Source: Candidatus Obscuribacteraceae bacterium (GTDB lineage: Bacteria > Cyanobacteriota > Vampirovibrionia > Obscuribacterales > Obscuribacteraceae). Taken from it: a DNA stretch of 64,000 nucleotides. Within the stretch, counting starts at the first letter, position 1. Each line of letters begins with the position of its first letter. This document shows, piece after piece, positions 1 through 10,458 of this stretch. The notes beneath the pieces are model-generated. The model saw nothing but the letters and a program-made list of their open reading frames with translations. It made no database searches and was not told the origin of the DNA. The translations under genes and the position numbers were made by a program. Location: contig JBGAHS010000002.1 in the NCBI GenBank assembly GCA_044226015.1, forward strand, positions 657,571 through 721,570. Direction: 5' to 3'.

Positions 1-4
1 AACA

Positions 5-1123
5 ATGCTGGAAGAGGCTCGTTTGGCATGCTTTGAGACTTTCGGAGCTAATTCAGAAGAAGTAGTACGATATTATGCCGACCTTGCCGAACTAAATCTA
101 GAAACAGGCACAGCTGCATCTGCTACACAAGCTGCTGATCAATGCCTTAAGTTAGTCGAAAAAAATGGAAAACAGGGATTTGAACTGGCGAAAGCACAAG
201 TACTCATGGGTCGAGTTTTGTCTAACCAAAATTACAATGAAATGGCACGTGACTTTCTGAAGAAAGCTCTGCCTGCATTAGAAATGGCACCCGGCATCGA
301 CAGACTAGAGTACGCAAATGCGCTTGCCAGTCTCGCACTTGTCGAGAAAAAAATGGGCAATGAAGACGAATCTGCAGAGCAGATGAAAAAAGCCTTTGCC
401 ATCAAAGATGATGCTGTTGATTTAACAAAAACTGAGAGTCAGAAGGGTGTCGTTAAATACAAATGGACTGAGGGACTCTACGGCAGTCGTCAAATTGTTG
501 ACCCAACCTATCCATTGAAATACATGGTTGTAGACGGTGTGAGAGTCGCTTGTACAGTGGTGCGCAGCTACAAGCATATGGCAGTTCTGATTTCACTGGC
601 AAATTGCTCACCTAAGCCACTTCACTTAGCAGTCGGTGCAGCATCGCTCGAAAAGCTCAGCCCAGGACGAAAGCTAATGGAATATTGCGACCCCGGCTTG
701 ATAGACGAAGTGCTGGAAGAAGATGTGATTCTCGATAGAACGTGGCGTCGAAAAGCTTTATGCCACATTCAAAAATCGCGCAGAATTCCTGGCTATCTAA
801 AAAACGGAGTCTTAGACTCTGACGATTTTTTTGGCAACAATGAATTCGGGCTGTACGGAGCCTGGGATTCACACCTGCGTGATGCACCACCCATAGTGAC
901 ACGTGAGCAATTCTTTTATGATGAGCGACCCAAGCACGGAGACCAGGAAATACTCGGCTTCATGCGTGGGAATGCTTCAGTTCGCCCAACATACATTGAA
1001 ACAGGCGCAGCCAGAACGGGAGTAGTTTTCTTTTTAAGAGACCGATGGGACGACGCTCTTGTGCGCGTCAAAATCGGCAACGCCGAACTCCAATTTCCAT
1101 TTCACGTAGCCCCAGGACAATAG
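5..1123 (+). CDS. TPR-repeat protein with uncharacterised C-terminal domain (probably 5'-truncated by window edge)
   Basis: Helical TPR-like repeats (YANALASLALVEKKMG); ORF starts at window edge. Confidence 0.75.
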   Translation: MLEEARLACFETFGANSEEVVRYYADLAELNLETGTAASATQAADQCLKLVEKNGKQGFELAKAQVLMGRVLSNQNYNEMARDFLKKALPALEMAPGIDRLEYANALASLALVEKKMGNEDESAEQMKKAFAIKDDAVDLTKTESQKGVVKYKWTEGLYGSRQIVDPTYPLKYMVVDGVRVACTVVRSYKHMAVLISLANCSPKPLHLAVGAASLEKLSPGRKLMEYCDPGLIDEVLEEDVILDRTWRRKALCHIQKSRRIPGYLKNGVLDSDDFFGNNEFGLYGAWDSHLRDAPPIVTREQFFYDERPKHGDQEILGFMRGNASVRPTYIETGAARTGVVFFLRDRWDDALVRVKIGNAELQFPFHVAPGQ

Positions 1124-1137
1124 CAAAGGAAAAAACC

Positions 1138-1494
1138 ATGTGGGAAAGATTGCAAATGAGTGCGCAGCAACTTATGGGTCAGGGAAAGCCAGCTGAGGCT
1201 GAGAGTTATTTCCGCCAATCTCTGATGGAAGCGGAGAAAGAATTTGGAATGTGGCACAACAATGTTGCAACGATTCTGAACAATCTTGGAAGTTGCTACC
1301 GTGTGCAGGGACGATGGATTGAAGCAGAGTCAAGCTACAAGAGAGCTCTTGAAGTCAGACGAAAGGCACTTGGTCCACTACATAAAGACGAAGTCATTAT
1401 TTTGGAAAATTATGCAAAGGTTTTGCGTTCACTAAACAAAGAAGCCGAAGCAAAAAAGATGGAGCAAACAGCAATGGGAATTATGCGTCGCTAG
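1138..1494 (+). CDS. Small TPR protein
   Basis: VATILNNLGSCYRVQGRWIEAESSYKRAL..LGPLH is a kinesin-light-chain-type TPR; ATG at 1138 after AAGGA. Confidence 0.85.
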   Translation: MWERLQMSAQQLMGQGKPAEAESYFRQSLMEAEKEFGMWHNNVATILNNLGSCYRVQGRWIEAESSYKRALEVRRKALGPLHKDEVIILENYAKVLRSLNKEAEAKKMEQTAMGIMRR

Positions 1495-1544
1495 GGCGCA
1501 CGTCAAACGGTATAACAAAAGGACTATCAAAAGACGCCAGAAAA

Positions 1545-1700
1545 GCCTTTGCAGCGAAGGGAATCGAATAGGACTTGCGAAAAGAATCGAGTAGATTTGG
1601 CCGGCAAGGGGATTCCAGTAGACTTTGCAGCAATGGGAATGAAGTAGAACCTCGCAACAAAATCGAGTAGATTTGGCCAGCAAGAGAAACCAAACAGACT
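1545..1700. repeat. Degenerate ~76-bp tandem duplication
   Basis: ctttgcagc..gggaat and aatcgagtagatttggcc(g/a)gcaag each occur twice about 76 bp apart. Confidence 0.75.
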
Positions 1701-1914
1701 TCTCCGTGCACAGATTCATCGACACGCAGATTCACCTAGCGCAAAGAATCCAAGTGGTACATTCTTCCTAATTCGAGAAATTTGAGAGTCGGATATACAT
1801 AAGCCCAGACTTGTAAAGCGGTCGCATCAGCGGTCTTTCGCTGTTTTGTGCAATTTTCCACGTTTGAAAGTGGTATCACCCGAGGTATTAAAAATGCGTA
1901 GAGGTATCACTGAG

Positions 1915-2232
1915 ATGAAAGCCACCATGAAGACTTTATCTGCTATTTTGCTTGCGCTAATTTGTGCGGTACCAGCAACACAAGCCCAAGACCTCAGCTG
2001 GGAAGCGCATTACAGCAAGGCAGAACGAGCCTATGCAAAGAGAAATCTTTTCGAAGCAAGACACGAGTTCTTGGTGGCACTCAAAGAAGCAAAAAACTGC
2101 CAGGCCGATCGAGAACTGGCGAGTAAAGTAGAAAACCTCGCACTCAGCTACCAGTCGCAAGACAATGCCGCGCTCGCGCAACCATTGATCAAATTGGCGC
2201 AAAAGCTGAAATCAAACATCCCAACGATGTAA
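1915..2232 (+). CDS. Small secreted TPR-like protein
   Basis: Signal peptide (MKTLSAILLALICAVPATQA) then helical repeat; start uncertain. Confidence 0.7.
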   Translation: MKATMKTLSAILLALICAVPATQAQDLSWEAHYSKAERAYAKRNLFEARHEFLVALKEAKNCQADRELASKVENLALSYQSQDNAALAQPLIKLAQKLKSNIPTM

Positions 2233-2308
2233 ATTGAACCTATGGACTTTGTGAGACTGCTACGTCTCATATATAATAGGTGCTCATCAAATATTGTGGG
2301 GAGCAGCC

Positions 2309-2689
2309 ATGACATCTTTCCTGGAAAACGACGTTGAACTCAACAAAGTACTGACTGGCAAGGTCATCGCAAGTGCCTCCAGCAGCCTGACGTTTTTCGC
2401 TGTCAAATTTACAGATGGTTCTGGTGTTTTGCTTGAATCGGTCGGAACTCCCGACAGCTTGACTGTAAGGCATACCCTCATGAGCGCGGATGAACTGCCG
2501 CAAATTGATGAAGCCGTGTGCAAGGTAGATTGGGGTTGGATTACAGAATCGACAATCAAGTCAGTGCGCACAACGATTGGCTCTTTTAAGTTCATGCTTG
2601 AGCCCGCAGAAGATTTATTGGTCACAGCAATGATTTGGGAGCAGAAACCATTTCTCGGTTTCAAGCCATACCAAGCAAGCACAAAATAG
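2309..2689 (+). CDS. Hypothetical protein
   Basis: ORF with GGGGAG RBS and globular-looking sequence. Confidence 0.65.
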   Translation: MTSFLENDVELNKVLTGKVIASASSSLTFFAVKFTDGSGVLLESVGTPDSLTVRHTLMSADELPQIDEAVCKVDWGWITESTIKSVRTTIGSFKFMLEPAEDLLVTAMIWEQKPFLGFKPYQASTK

Positions 2690-2794
2690 CTTTAGCACTA
2701 CAGCTTCTGCGCTTCTCTGCTTCTTGATTCAACAAGCACTACATATAGTGCCAGAGCAAACAGTTCATCATCTTGTGGCTTTAGACTGAGCAAA

Positions 2795-4480
2795 ATGGAT
2801 CGGCACAAGCACAATCAGATAATACTCGGGCTGGCTACCATAATAGTGCTCGCTAGCACTGCAGCTTGCGGACAAAAGTCACTAGAAAATAAACCAAAAC
2901 AGACAACATCTCCGCTGACTGCTGAAATCAGCATAGACGCTTCCAGAGTTATCAGAACGATTCCACCAGAGCTTTTTGGAGCGAACATAGAGTGGACGAT
3001 GAATATGCAGGGAATCTGGTTAGCCGAAAAAAACTGCATTGATCCAGAAATACTGCAGCTGTCAAAAGAGTCCGGGCTTGCTCTTTTTAGATATCCCGGA
3101 GGCACCGGTGCTGATTACTATGACTGGGAAAAGGGAATCGGTCCTGCGGCTAGCCGTCAACAACAAAGACGCGTTATTAGCGAAGGTAGTGAAGTTAATT
3201 TATTTGGTACAGATGAGTTGCTCTCGTTCTGTGAGAAACTTGAAGCAAAAGCAATTTTGACAGTGAACCTGATCACCGAGTCTTCGGAAAAGGCAGCAAA
3301 TTGGGTAGCTTACTGCAACCGACAGAACGACTATCAAGCCTCAAGAAAGGTCCCGTCAGCGGTGCAAAAGATCGCTTTTTGGGAACTAGCAAACGAGCCT
3401 TACATGAAGGCAGACAACCCCAATACCAGAGCAAGCTCGATTAGCGCGGAAGAATATGTGCGCAAAAGCAAAGATTTCATAGATGCAATGCGGCGAAAGG
3501 ATGCCTCAGTCAAAATCGCGGCTGTTGGGGGAAGTGACTTTACTCGATACTCCTTTCTTTCCGATAGAGACTGGAATCAAAAAATACTCAAACAATTGGG
3601 CAATAAAATCGATGTGCTCTCGTTGCACACCGGGTATGCACCACTAATAATCGAGAATACCGACTATTCCCTAGAGGACGTGTATTCTTCACTACTTGCA
3701 TTTCCAAAATTGATGGACGAAAACCTGAACAAAGTAAGCAGAGAAATTGACGATTGCGTCAAACCATCACCATCGAAAGTAAGCATAGCAGTGACAGAGT
3801 GGGCGCCTTTATTTCATGTTGCAACAACGAGTCCATGGGTCGACCATCCAAAGACCTTCGGCTCAGGACTGTACACAGCATTGGTTTTACAATCACTAAT
3901 TCGCAACCCACGAGTTAGCGCAAGCACTTTCTTCAAGCTGAAAGACTTTCTTTTCGGCGGAATTATCGGATTTAACAACGTTCCAAAATCCAGCTTTTAT
4001 GCTTTGAAAATGTATTCAGCGTTGCGCAAGCAAAACCTGCTTGCCTGCAAAACCGAATCACCTACTTATGATGCAAAAGCCGTCGGATTGATTCCAGAAA
4101 TAAAGCAAGTGCCTTTGCTAGACACCATCTCAACAATGCACCCTCAGAGAAAAACTCTTTCAATCTGCGCTATTAACCGCAGCATCGACACAGCCTTGCG
4201 AACTCACATTGAGATAAAAGACTACAAGCCTAAACCCGGTTGCAAAATCACCATATTTGATGCCGCCAATCTGGACTCAAACAATGGAAAAGACATTCCA
4301 GACGTTCCAGGCTACAGTTGGGCGCACCAAAAAGAAGCGACACACAACCCCCAGTTTCAACAAGGGCGACCGGGCACTCTGCAACTACAAACCCGTGCCT
4401 TTAGCGGCGCAAGCAACAGTTTCGATTTCACTTTCCCACCGCATTCGGCAGTTTGTCTTACTTTAGAAAGTGCAATCTAG
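2795..4480 (+). CDS. GH51-like alpha-L-arabinofuranosidase family lipoprotein
   Basis: Lipobox-like STAAC; FRYPGG, WELANE (acid/base) and AVTEW (nucleophile) motifs; C-terminal FTFPPHS. Confidence 0.8.
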   Translation: MDRHKHNQIILGLATIIVLASTAACGQKSLENKPKQTTSPLTAEISIDASRVIRTIPPELFGANIEWTMNMQGIWLAEKNCIDPEILQLSKESGLALFRYPGGTGADYYDWEKGIGPAASRQQQRRVISEGSEVNLFGTDELLSFCEKLEAKAILTVNLITESSEKAANWVAYCNRQNDYQASRKVPSAVQKIAFWELANEPYMKADNPNTRASSISAEEYVRKSKDFIDAMRRKDASVKIAAVGGSDFTRYSFLSDRDWNQKILKQLGNKIDVLSLHTGYAPLIIENTDYSLEDVYSSLLAFPKLMDENLNKVSREIDDCVKPSPSKVSIAVTEWAPLFHVATTSPWVDHPKTFGSGLYTALVLQSLIRNPRVSASTFFKLKDFLFGGIIGFNNVPKSSFYALKMYSALRKQNLLACKTESPTYDAKAVGLIPEIKQVPLLDTISTMHPQRKTLSICAINRSIDTALRTHIEIKDYKPKPGCKITIFDAANLDSNNGKDIPDVPGYSWAHQKEATHNPQFQQGRPGTLQLQTRAFSGASNSFDFTFPPHSAVCLTLESAI

Positions 4481-4553
4481 CACGCAACCAAAATATTCCT
4501 TGTCGGAAGCAATAACCCGATGTAATTCAAACGCGTACATTACTTGCAAGAAG

Positions 4554-5294
4554 CTATTTTTTGCGAATCGGAGTTGATGGAGCTGGATTTAACAGCGTAA
4601 TCAAAAGAGGAATCTCAAGCGTTGTTATAATACCCATCGGTCTTTCCGCATGCCCGCCGCTATTGGTGATAATAATAGCTTTCAGATGCTTACCTCGCTT
4701 GTAGGAAGCTTCAAATAAGGCGAGGGCGTCGAATATAGAACTCTTCGCGCCAAGCACAGAAAATTCTTCAGCACCTTCCGCAAACTGCAGAACGTCGCGA
4801 ACCCTGGTGCCTGGGTCGATATAATCTGCAGAATGAAACGCGTCAGCTAGCCACATTGCAATGGCTTCGGTGGTTAGCAATCCAATGAGCTTGTTACCGT
4901 TATAGACCGGAGCTTGATTAAACTGACCAGATTTCAGCTGAGCCAGTACGTTTTTGAGCGAGTCCTGTGGTGCACAGACCACGACATGGCGGTGAAAATG
5001 GTCTTCGAGCAACTCTGCATGAATAATTTTGTCTGCTATCGACTCGATTCGCGAGACCACGTCTGGATGTGGCTCAGCTATGGCCTCCGTTCCGATTCTC
5101 TTGTGAACAATTGCGTTTCGCAGTTCGGCGAATTCTTTAAGGTCCTCCTTAAAGTGAGCAAAAGCCGGATTAGACCTCGAAACGTGATCGAGCAAAAACG
5201 AAAAGGATTCGTGTCCAGACCCCGTTATCCGCCTCAGCTCTTCCTCGAGCCGACAAAAGGCATTCAAAAATCGTTCGGACAATTCAGTAGACAT
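4554..5294 (-). CDS. CBS-pair protein with N-terminal HEPN-like helical domain
   Basis: ELRNAIVH (R-x4-H) then two CBS repeats (QAPVY..LIGLLT; AIIIT..PMGIIT). Confidence 0.75.
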   Translation of the reverse strand: MSTELSERFLNAFCRLEEELRRITGSGHESFSFLLDHVSRSNPAFAHFKEDLKEFAELRNAIVHKRIGTEAIAEPHPDVVSRIESIADKIIHAELLEDHFHRHVVVCAPQDSLKNVLAQLKSGQFNQAPVYNGNKLIGLLTTEAIAMWLADAFHSADYIDPGTRVRDVLQFAEGAEEFSVLGAKSSIFDALALFEASYKRGKHLKAIIITNSGGHAERPMGIITTLEIPLLITLLNPAPSTPIRKK

Positions 5295-5397
5295 CGTACC
5301 CAGGAATTGTTAGATTGAGCATATTATGAGAGATTGACAACCTTCTTTCTTATGTAAGGATAGCTTGGTTGGGGTAAATAATTTGCAGGAGCTAAAA

Positions 5398-6678
5398 ATG
5401 AAAAAAGCAGTTCTAAGCAAATTGGTGCCCGCGCAAACGCTTGCGCTACTTAGCTTTCTCGCATATGCTGTTCCTGCGGAAAGCCAGGAAATGCAGTATT
5501 CTGGCGGGTCCGACGAATTTGCGCAGCTCAACAATGTGCTCAACAACGCAGATGCCGGTCGCAGCTGGAGCGCGCCGCAGGGCAACATGGGCGGCGGCGG
5601 CATGAACGGCTCCCAGATGGGCAACATGGGCGGCGGCATGAACGGCTCCCAGATGGGCAACATGGGCGGCGGCATGAACGGCTCCCCAATGGGCAACATG
5701 GGTGGCGGCATGAACGGCCCCCAGATGGGCAACATGGGCGGCGGCATGAATGGCTACATGGGCGGCGGCATGATGAACGGTTCCCAGATGGGCAACATGG
5801 GTGGCGGCATGATGAACGGCTCCCAGATGGGCAACATGGGCGGCGGCATGATGAATGGCTCCCAGATGGGCAACATGGGTGGCGGCATGATGAACGGCTC
5901 CCAGATGGGCAACATGGGTGGCGGCATGATGAATGGCTCCCAGATGGGCAACATGGGTGGCGGCATGATGAACGGCTCCCAGATGGGCAACATGGGTGGC
6001 GGCATGATGAACGGTTCCCCAATGGGAAATGGTTTCACGCCAGGACCCCAAACTGGCAATATGGGCGGCATGATGGGCGCACCTCAAATGGGCGGCATGA
6101 TGGGCGCACCCGCCATGAACAATAGCCCTTTCGGCAACCTTGCAAAGCTGATGGGTGGACAGCCCAACCCTCTAACCGGAAATGTGCAATCCACCGGAAA
6201 CAAAGGCATCGGAAGCATGCTTCAACAGTTCATGCAAGGTAATGCCAACTCGCCTGGTACTGCAGTTGGTGCCAGCAATCCGTTCAACCGAATGAACCTT
6301 TTAAAGACTTTTTTCGGCGGGGCTCCAGGCACCGCAGGCAGTGGCAGCAGCAGCGGCAACTCCGCTGAACAGCAAGCAAAGAACGCGAGCGTTACTGGTC
6401 AGGCTGAGGCATTATTCCAGAGGGCGACGAATCAAGCAGCGCAAGCCGTTTCTGATGCAGAACGTGCCAGCAAAGGGTATGGCGATAAGGGCTCGCGCCT
6501 GGCCGCGGCATCCAGCGCACAATACCACGCAAATGATGCACGAGCGGCCGCCGACGAAGCTGGAAATATAACCTATAGCGGTCCTCAGTACGCACAAGAT
6601 TACGCAGCACAAGCCCGTGCACAGGCAAATCGGGCGCAGGAAGCTGCAGACCGTGCCGCTTACAATGCTGCACAATAG
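5398..6678 (+). CDS. Secreted Gly/Met/Asn-rich low-complexity repeat protein
   Basis: Signal peptide, GNMGGGM(M)NGSQM repeats, Ala/Gln-rich helical C-terminus; GGAG RBS. Confidence 0.8.
   Translation: MKKAVLSKLVPAQTLALLSFLAYAVPAESQEMQYSGGSDEFAQLNNVLNNADAGRSWSAPQGNMGGGGMNGSQMGNMGGGMNGSQMGNMGGGMNGSPMGNMGGGMNGPQMGNMGGGMNGYMGGGMMNGSQMGNMGGGMMNGSQMGNMGGGMMNGSQMGNMGGGMMNGSQMGNMGGGMMNGSQMGNMGGGMMNGSQMGNMGGGMMNGSPMGNGFTPGPQTGNMGGMMGAPQMGGMMGAPAMNNSPFGNLAKLMGGQPNPLTGNVQSTGNKGIGSMLQQFMQGNANSPGTAVGASNPFNRMNLLKTFFGGAPGTAGSGSSSGNSAEQQAKNASVTGQAEALFQRATNQAAQAVSDAERASKGYGDKGSRLAAASSAQYHANDARAAADEAGNITYSGPQYAQDYAAQARAQANRAQEAADRAAYNAAQ
5581..6030 (+). repeat. Coding 36/39-bp tandem repeat (about 12 units)
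   Basis: ggcaacatgggYggcggcatg(atg)aacggctcccagatg repeated. Confidence 0.95.
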
Positions 6679-6703
6679 AGAACCAGTCAAAACCTAACCC
6701 TCC

Positions 6704-6795
6704 GAAGCCGCAAGGATGGCGCCCTTCCAGTCCAGAAGCCGCCAAGATCGCGCAGTTCCCAGTCCAGAAGCCGCCAAGATGGCGACTTTCCCAGT
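6704..6795. repeat. Three tandem REP-like units (~32 bp)
   Basis: gaagccgccaagatggcg...ttcccagtcc and two variants. Confidence 0.75.
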
Positions 6796-6870
6796 TCCGA
6801 AGAAGGCTACATCGTTAGCCAATTTTGGTGCTACTATTTCTAAGCTGATTCCAGAAAAGGACGAATCGTT

Positions 6871-7665
6871 TTGAATAAGAGAAGGAAACTTGGTTCCACA
6901 ACGCTGATTATGGCTGCTGTCCTGCTACTCTCTGCTTCCTGCGCCAATGCGAAGGAGCATAAAGCAAAACCAGAAGTACAAGAACCCGCTCCAGCCACGC
7001 AGATTATAAAAAGCACGGGAGAGCTAACAAAAGCTGACCTCGCTACTGCAAATGGATCCGCACGAATAGGCATGTCTTCGGGAAACATCTACTGCGTGTT
7101 GACTTCGATTCAAACACGTGTACAGCTCGACCCAGATAAATGGAGTGGAGACGACGAAGCCACAAATTGGACAACCTGGCTCACAGCCTTCGACGACAAC
7201 CTCTATGCAAATTGGATTAAGAACGGCTCGGTTAACGGACAAGAGACTGTCGCAATTCGCATAAATCCGGACAGTTCAGTCGAAGTCACAAATAACAGTT
7301 TCTTCCCAGATAAAGACAATAAAGAGTCAAACTCACAACAAGTTTTCGAAGCTGCAATAGTCAAATCTTTGAATGAAACTCTGAAGATGGCAAAAGCAAT
7401 GCCAACTACAAAAAACAAATTGAAAGAAGTGCATATGTCGCTGACATTCATGCGAGATGTGAAGGCTGTTCCTCGCATCGGCAAGAACGCTTACGGCTTC
7501 GTTGCAGTCGTTGGTGACAAGGACTTCGTCACCGTTTACGAGCGCACCAGCGATGACGGACGCTTTCCAGGAATTCAAATTCTCACCGATATAGATGAAC
7601 CTGGCAAAGTTGTTCCACTAGATCAAGGTGCATTTGACCAAAAGGTAAGTGAATCAGAAAAGTAG
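6871..7665 (+). CDS. Exported hypothetical protein
   Basis: Basic N-terminus plus hydrophobic signal (LLLSASCANA). Confidence 0.7.
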   Translation: MNKRRKLGSTTLIMAAVLLLSASCANAKEHKAKPEVQEPAPATQIIKSTGELTKADLATANGSARIGMSSGNIYCVLTSIQTRVQLDPDKWSGDDEATNWTTWLTAFDDNLYANWIKNGSVNGQETVAIRINPDSSVEVTNNSFFPDKDNKESNSQQVFEAAIVKSLNETLKMAKAMPTTKNKLKEVHMSLTFMRDVKAVPRIGKNAYGFVAVVGDKDFVTVYERTSDDGRFPGIQILTDIDEPGKVVPLDQGAFDQKVSESEK

Positions 7666-7733
7666 CTGAGGCTAATCGAATTTTGCTAAAGGATCCTGCC
7701 TGGTGGCATAGACTGCCGTAAGGGAGCGCGAAC

Positions 7734-8474
7734 CTATTTCTTTTGATAGATTCGCTCAACGGCAGAGATAGCCTGATCAAGCAAGTTTTCCTTGTTATTC
7801 ATGATCGCGTTGTAGCGATCTTTAGCGGAGCTGCGTCCCCAGAGCTTGCAGTTATCGGCAAAGACTTTATCCGCTTCCGTGCCAGGGTACTTCAAATCCT
7901 TCATTATATGTGAACTGGTTTCAGGATCGAGCGGGTACACACGCCCGTTGCTTGCCTTCTCCCAGACGAGATGACCTTTTTGCGCTTCAATATCGACCTT
8001 GTCTTGCTGTTTGACCTTGGCATCGTAGAGTTCTTTGGCGGGGTTGAACATTACGTTGTGGAGGTTTCTCAGGCGCGAGGTTTCGTATTCATTTACTTGA
8101 ACATTCTTTCCATTCACATCAAAAACTTCATCCTTCAGTCCGCCCATTTCTCCGAACTTGTTCTGCGGGCTTACGGAGATGTGCTTCACATGGCCGGCGT
8201 CCTTGCCTTTGCCCATATCAAATTCAATGTGAGGAAGGCTTGAATTGAACACCTTTCCACTTTCAGATTTGGAAGCGTGATCGCCAGCGGCTTTTAGCCC
8301 TTGCAGTACAGTCTTCAATTCTGATGGATGCTGGGTGGCGATTTGCTGCAACTCGTCTTGAAACTTGTGCTGTCCTTCATGAGCCTGGTCGCTCTTAAAA
8401 GCGTTCTTCAGGTCTTGCACTTCGGTCTTTATATAGTTTCTGTCTTGCATTTCCTCGCCCTCACTCATTCCCAA
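7734..8474 (-). CDS. Hypothetical hydrophilic protein
   Basis: 246-aa ORF, Lys/Glu rich, no recognisable motif. Confidence 0.65.
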   Translation of the reverse strand: MGMSEGEEMQDRNYIKTEVQDLKNAFKSDQAHEGQHKFQDELQQIATQHPSELKTVLQGLKAAGDHASKSESGKVFNSSLPHIEFDMGKGKDAGHVKHISVSPQNKFGEMGGLKDEVFDVNGKNVQVNEYETSRLRNLHNVMFNPAKELYDAKVKQQDKVDIEAQKGHLVWEKASNGRVYPLDPETSSHIMKDLKYPGTEADKVFADNCKLWGRSSAKDRYNAIMNNKENLLDQAISAVERIYQKK

Positions 8475-8607
8475 TGCGTTCCCAATGCGTTCATATTAGT
8501 CAGCAAATCTGAAAAAGATCTGAGAGTTTTTGACCTTGAGATATTGGGTTACGAAAATGTCAGGTGCATTGAATAAAGTTCATAAATCCGCGACTGAGGG
8601 CAGAGCA

Positions 8608-10284
8608 ATGGGTTCCAACGACAGACTCGAATACTCCGAATCTCCTTCTGACTCTTCAAGAGCCGATAGCACTTACGACCCAGTTGCTCTTTACCAAGAA
8701 GGCATTAGTAGCGGATATTTCGGACCCAAAGTAGGCGGTTGAGGAGGCGGCGTCTGCCCTCCAGGTGGAGGGAGCGACTACATAACTCCAGAGCAGTACC
8801 AACCAGTTTATCCAAGCGATTCGTCCCCACTACCCCCGATGAACATCTCGGGTGGAGTCATCAAACCCGAAGCAAACAAATGGGGCAGCAAATCTGAATA
8901 CATAAATGCGATCAACAAAGCTGGCTTTGACCATCAGTTGATTGATTCGGATAAAAACGAAGGCAAGCCTCAAGGCACATCTGAAGGTAAGCCAGAAGAG
9001 AATCAAGACAAACCAGAAGACAATTATAATTTCCACCAGGATGGAACATCAAAGGGCGACGCTGACCCATTCCAGTTCCACCAGGGCTCAAAAGACAAAC
9101 AAAATTCGAGCGACGGAAACAAGGGTGATTCATCCGAGAATCCAGATGGAAAAAAAGCCGAAAACTCTCCCGAAAAAGAATATCAAGACAAGTTAGCTTA
9201 CGCAGCCAAGAATGGCTTGCCAGTGGTCGTAGTCTTTGGCAATCAGGAAGCAAAAGACACGGAAAAAGCAGCGAACAACTTGCAGTCCAACATGCAATCC
9301 AAGGACGCTGTATACATTTACGCCGATACAAACAAAATTGATCCGAATTCTGACTTGGGCAAAGTCATCAGACGCAACGCGTCGAGCGGCGAAGGTCTCG
9401 GAGATTCAGGGAAGAGCGACATGAGCTTCACCGGTGTGTACACCGTTGAGAAGAAAGCTGATGGTTCACTCGGCATCGGCAAAACCATAGCAACTGTCCA
9501 TGGTGGCAGAGAAGAAATTTCTGCAATCGTGAAGGATCAACTGCAATACGCAAAACGCGGCACACTCAACCTTGGCGGAGGAGACCAGACTGCTCCACCA
9601 AATAACCCTGAGAACAAACCTAACGATCAAGACTTTCGTCCAAATCCGCAAGAGCCGAACCCAGACAAACAAAATAACCCTAACGACAACTCCAACAACA
9701 ATAACAACAACAGACCAGACGCTGATAAGAGCGATGGAAACGATCGTGAAACGTTCCAAAAACAACGTGACGAACGCTACAAACAGCGGCTCAAAGAACT
9801 TGAAGAAGTTGGTGGAAAGAAAGGATACAACCTCAAGCAATATGCACAGGGTTGGGGTCGCTTCCTTGAGCGTAATGAAGTTCCAGAAGGACCAGTGAAA
9901 GACGCTCTCAACGAATTCGGGCAGCAGATGCTGACCGGTGATTTCGATGGAAAGAAACTTGCAGAAATGATGGAAAAAGCTTCTGCAAGCAATCAACAGG
10001 CTTTGAATGAAGCTCTTCTTGCAGCCAATAAAGAACTCGGCAGCAGCGGATTGCGACTCAATGCAGACATCGACCCTGCAAGTGGCAAACTCAAGTCTAT
10101 TGAACTGACAGAGGCAGTTGCTTCAGGACAATCCAGAAACAGCTTGAGAATCAATAGTGATGGACAGTTCGTGTCTGGCACAGCAATGGACGTTCCAGGA
10201 GCGGCCCAGCAATTTAAGCCGATACCGATAGAAGAATTGTCCAGGCGACTGGCAAAGAAATCAGAACAAGCGGCGTGTCCGTGA
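8608..10284 (+). CDS. Hypothetical protein with one in-frame TGA (8740-8742); candidate selenoprotein or nonsense allele; degenerate thioredoxin-like domain
   Basis: 8608-8742 and 8839-10284 share a frame with no other stop between them: GPKVGG*GGGVCPP. AAKNGLPVVVVFG resembles a Trx-fold start but lacks CxxC. Confidence 0.65.
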
Positions 10285-10458
10285 AACGGCTAACCGATTG
10301 AAACCGTGAGTTTCAAAAGAAAATTGAAAGAGTAGTCTAAACCCTGAACTTCGCAGAATGCGGTGGCGAGTCAGAGCGGATGAATCAGTGTGAAGATGAG
10401 TCAGAGCGTCGACGACGATACGCTGCTAAACCCGTCAGGGGCGACGAGCCAGAAAGGG

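Noticed and set aside
5310..6087. Antisense Pro-, His- or Cys-rich repeat ORFs
   Set aside because: Shadows of the plus-strand repeat gene, which has an RBS and signal peptide
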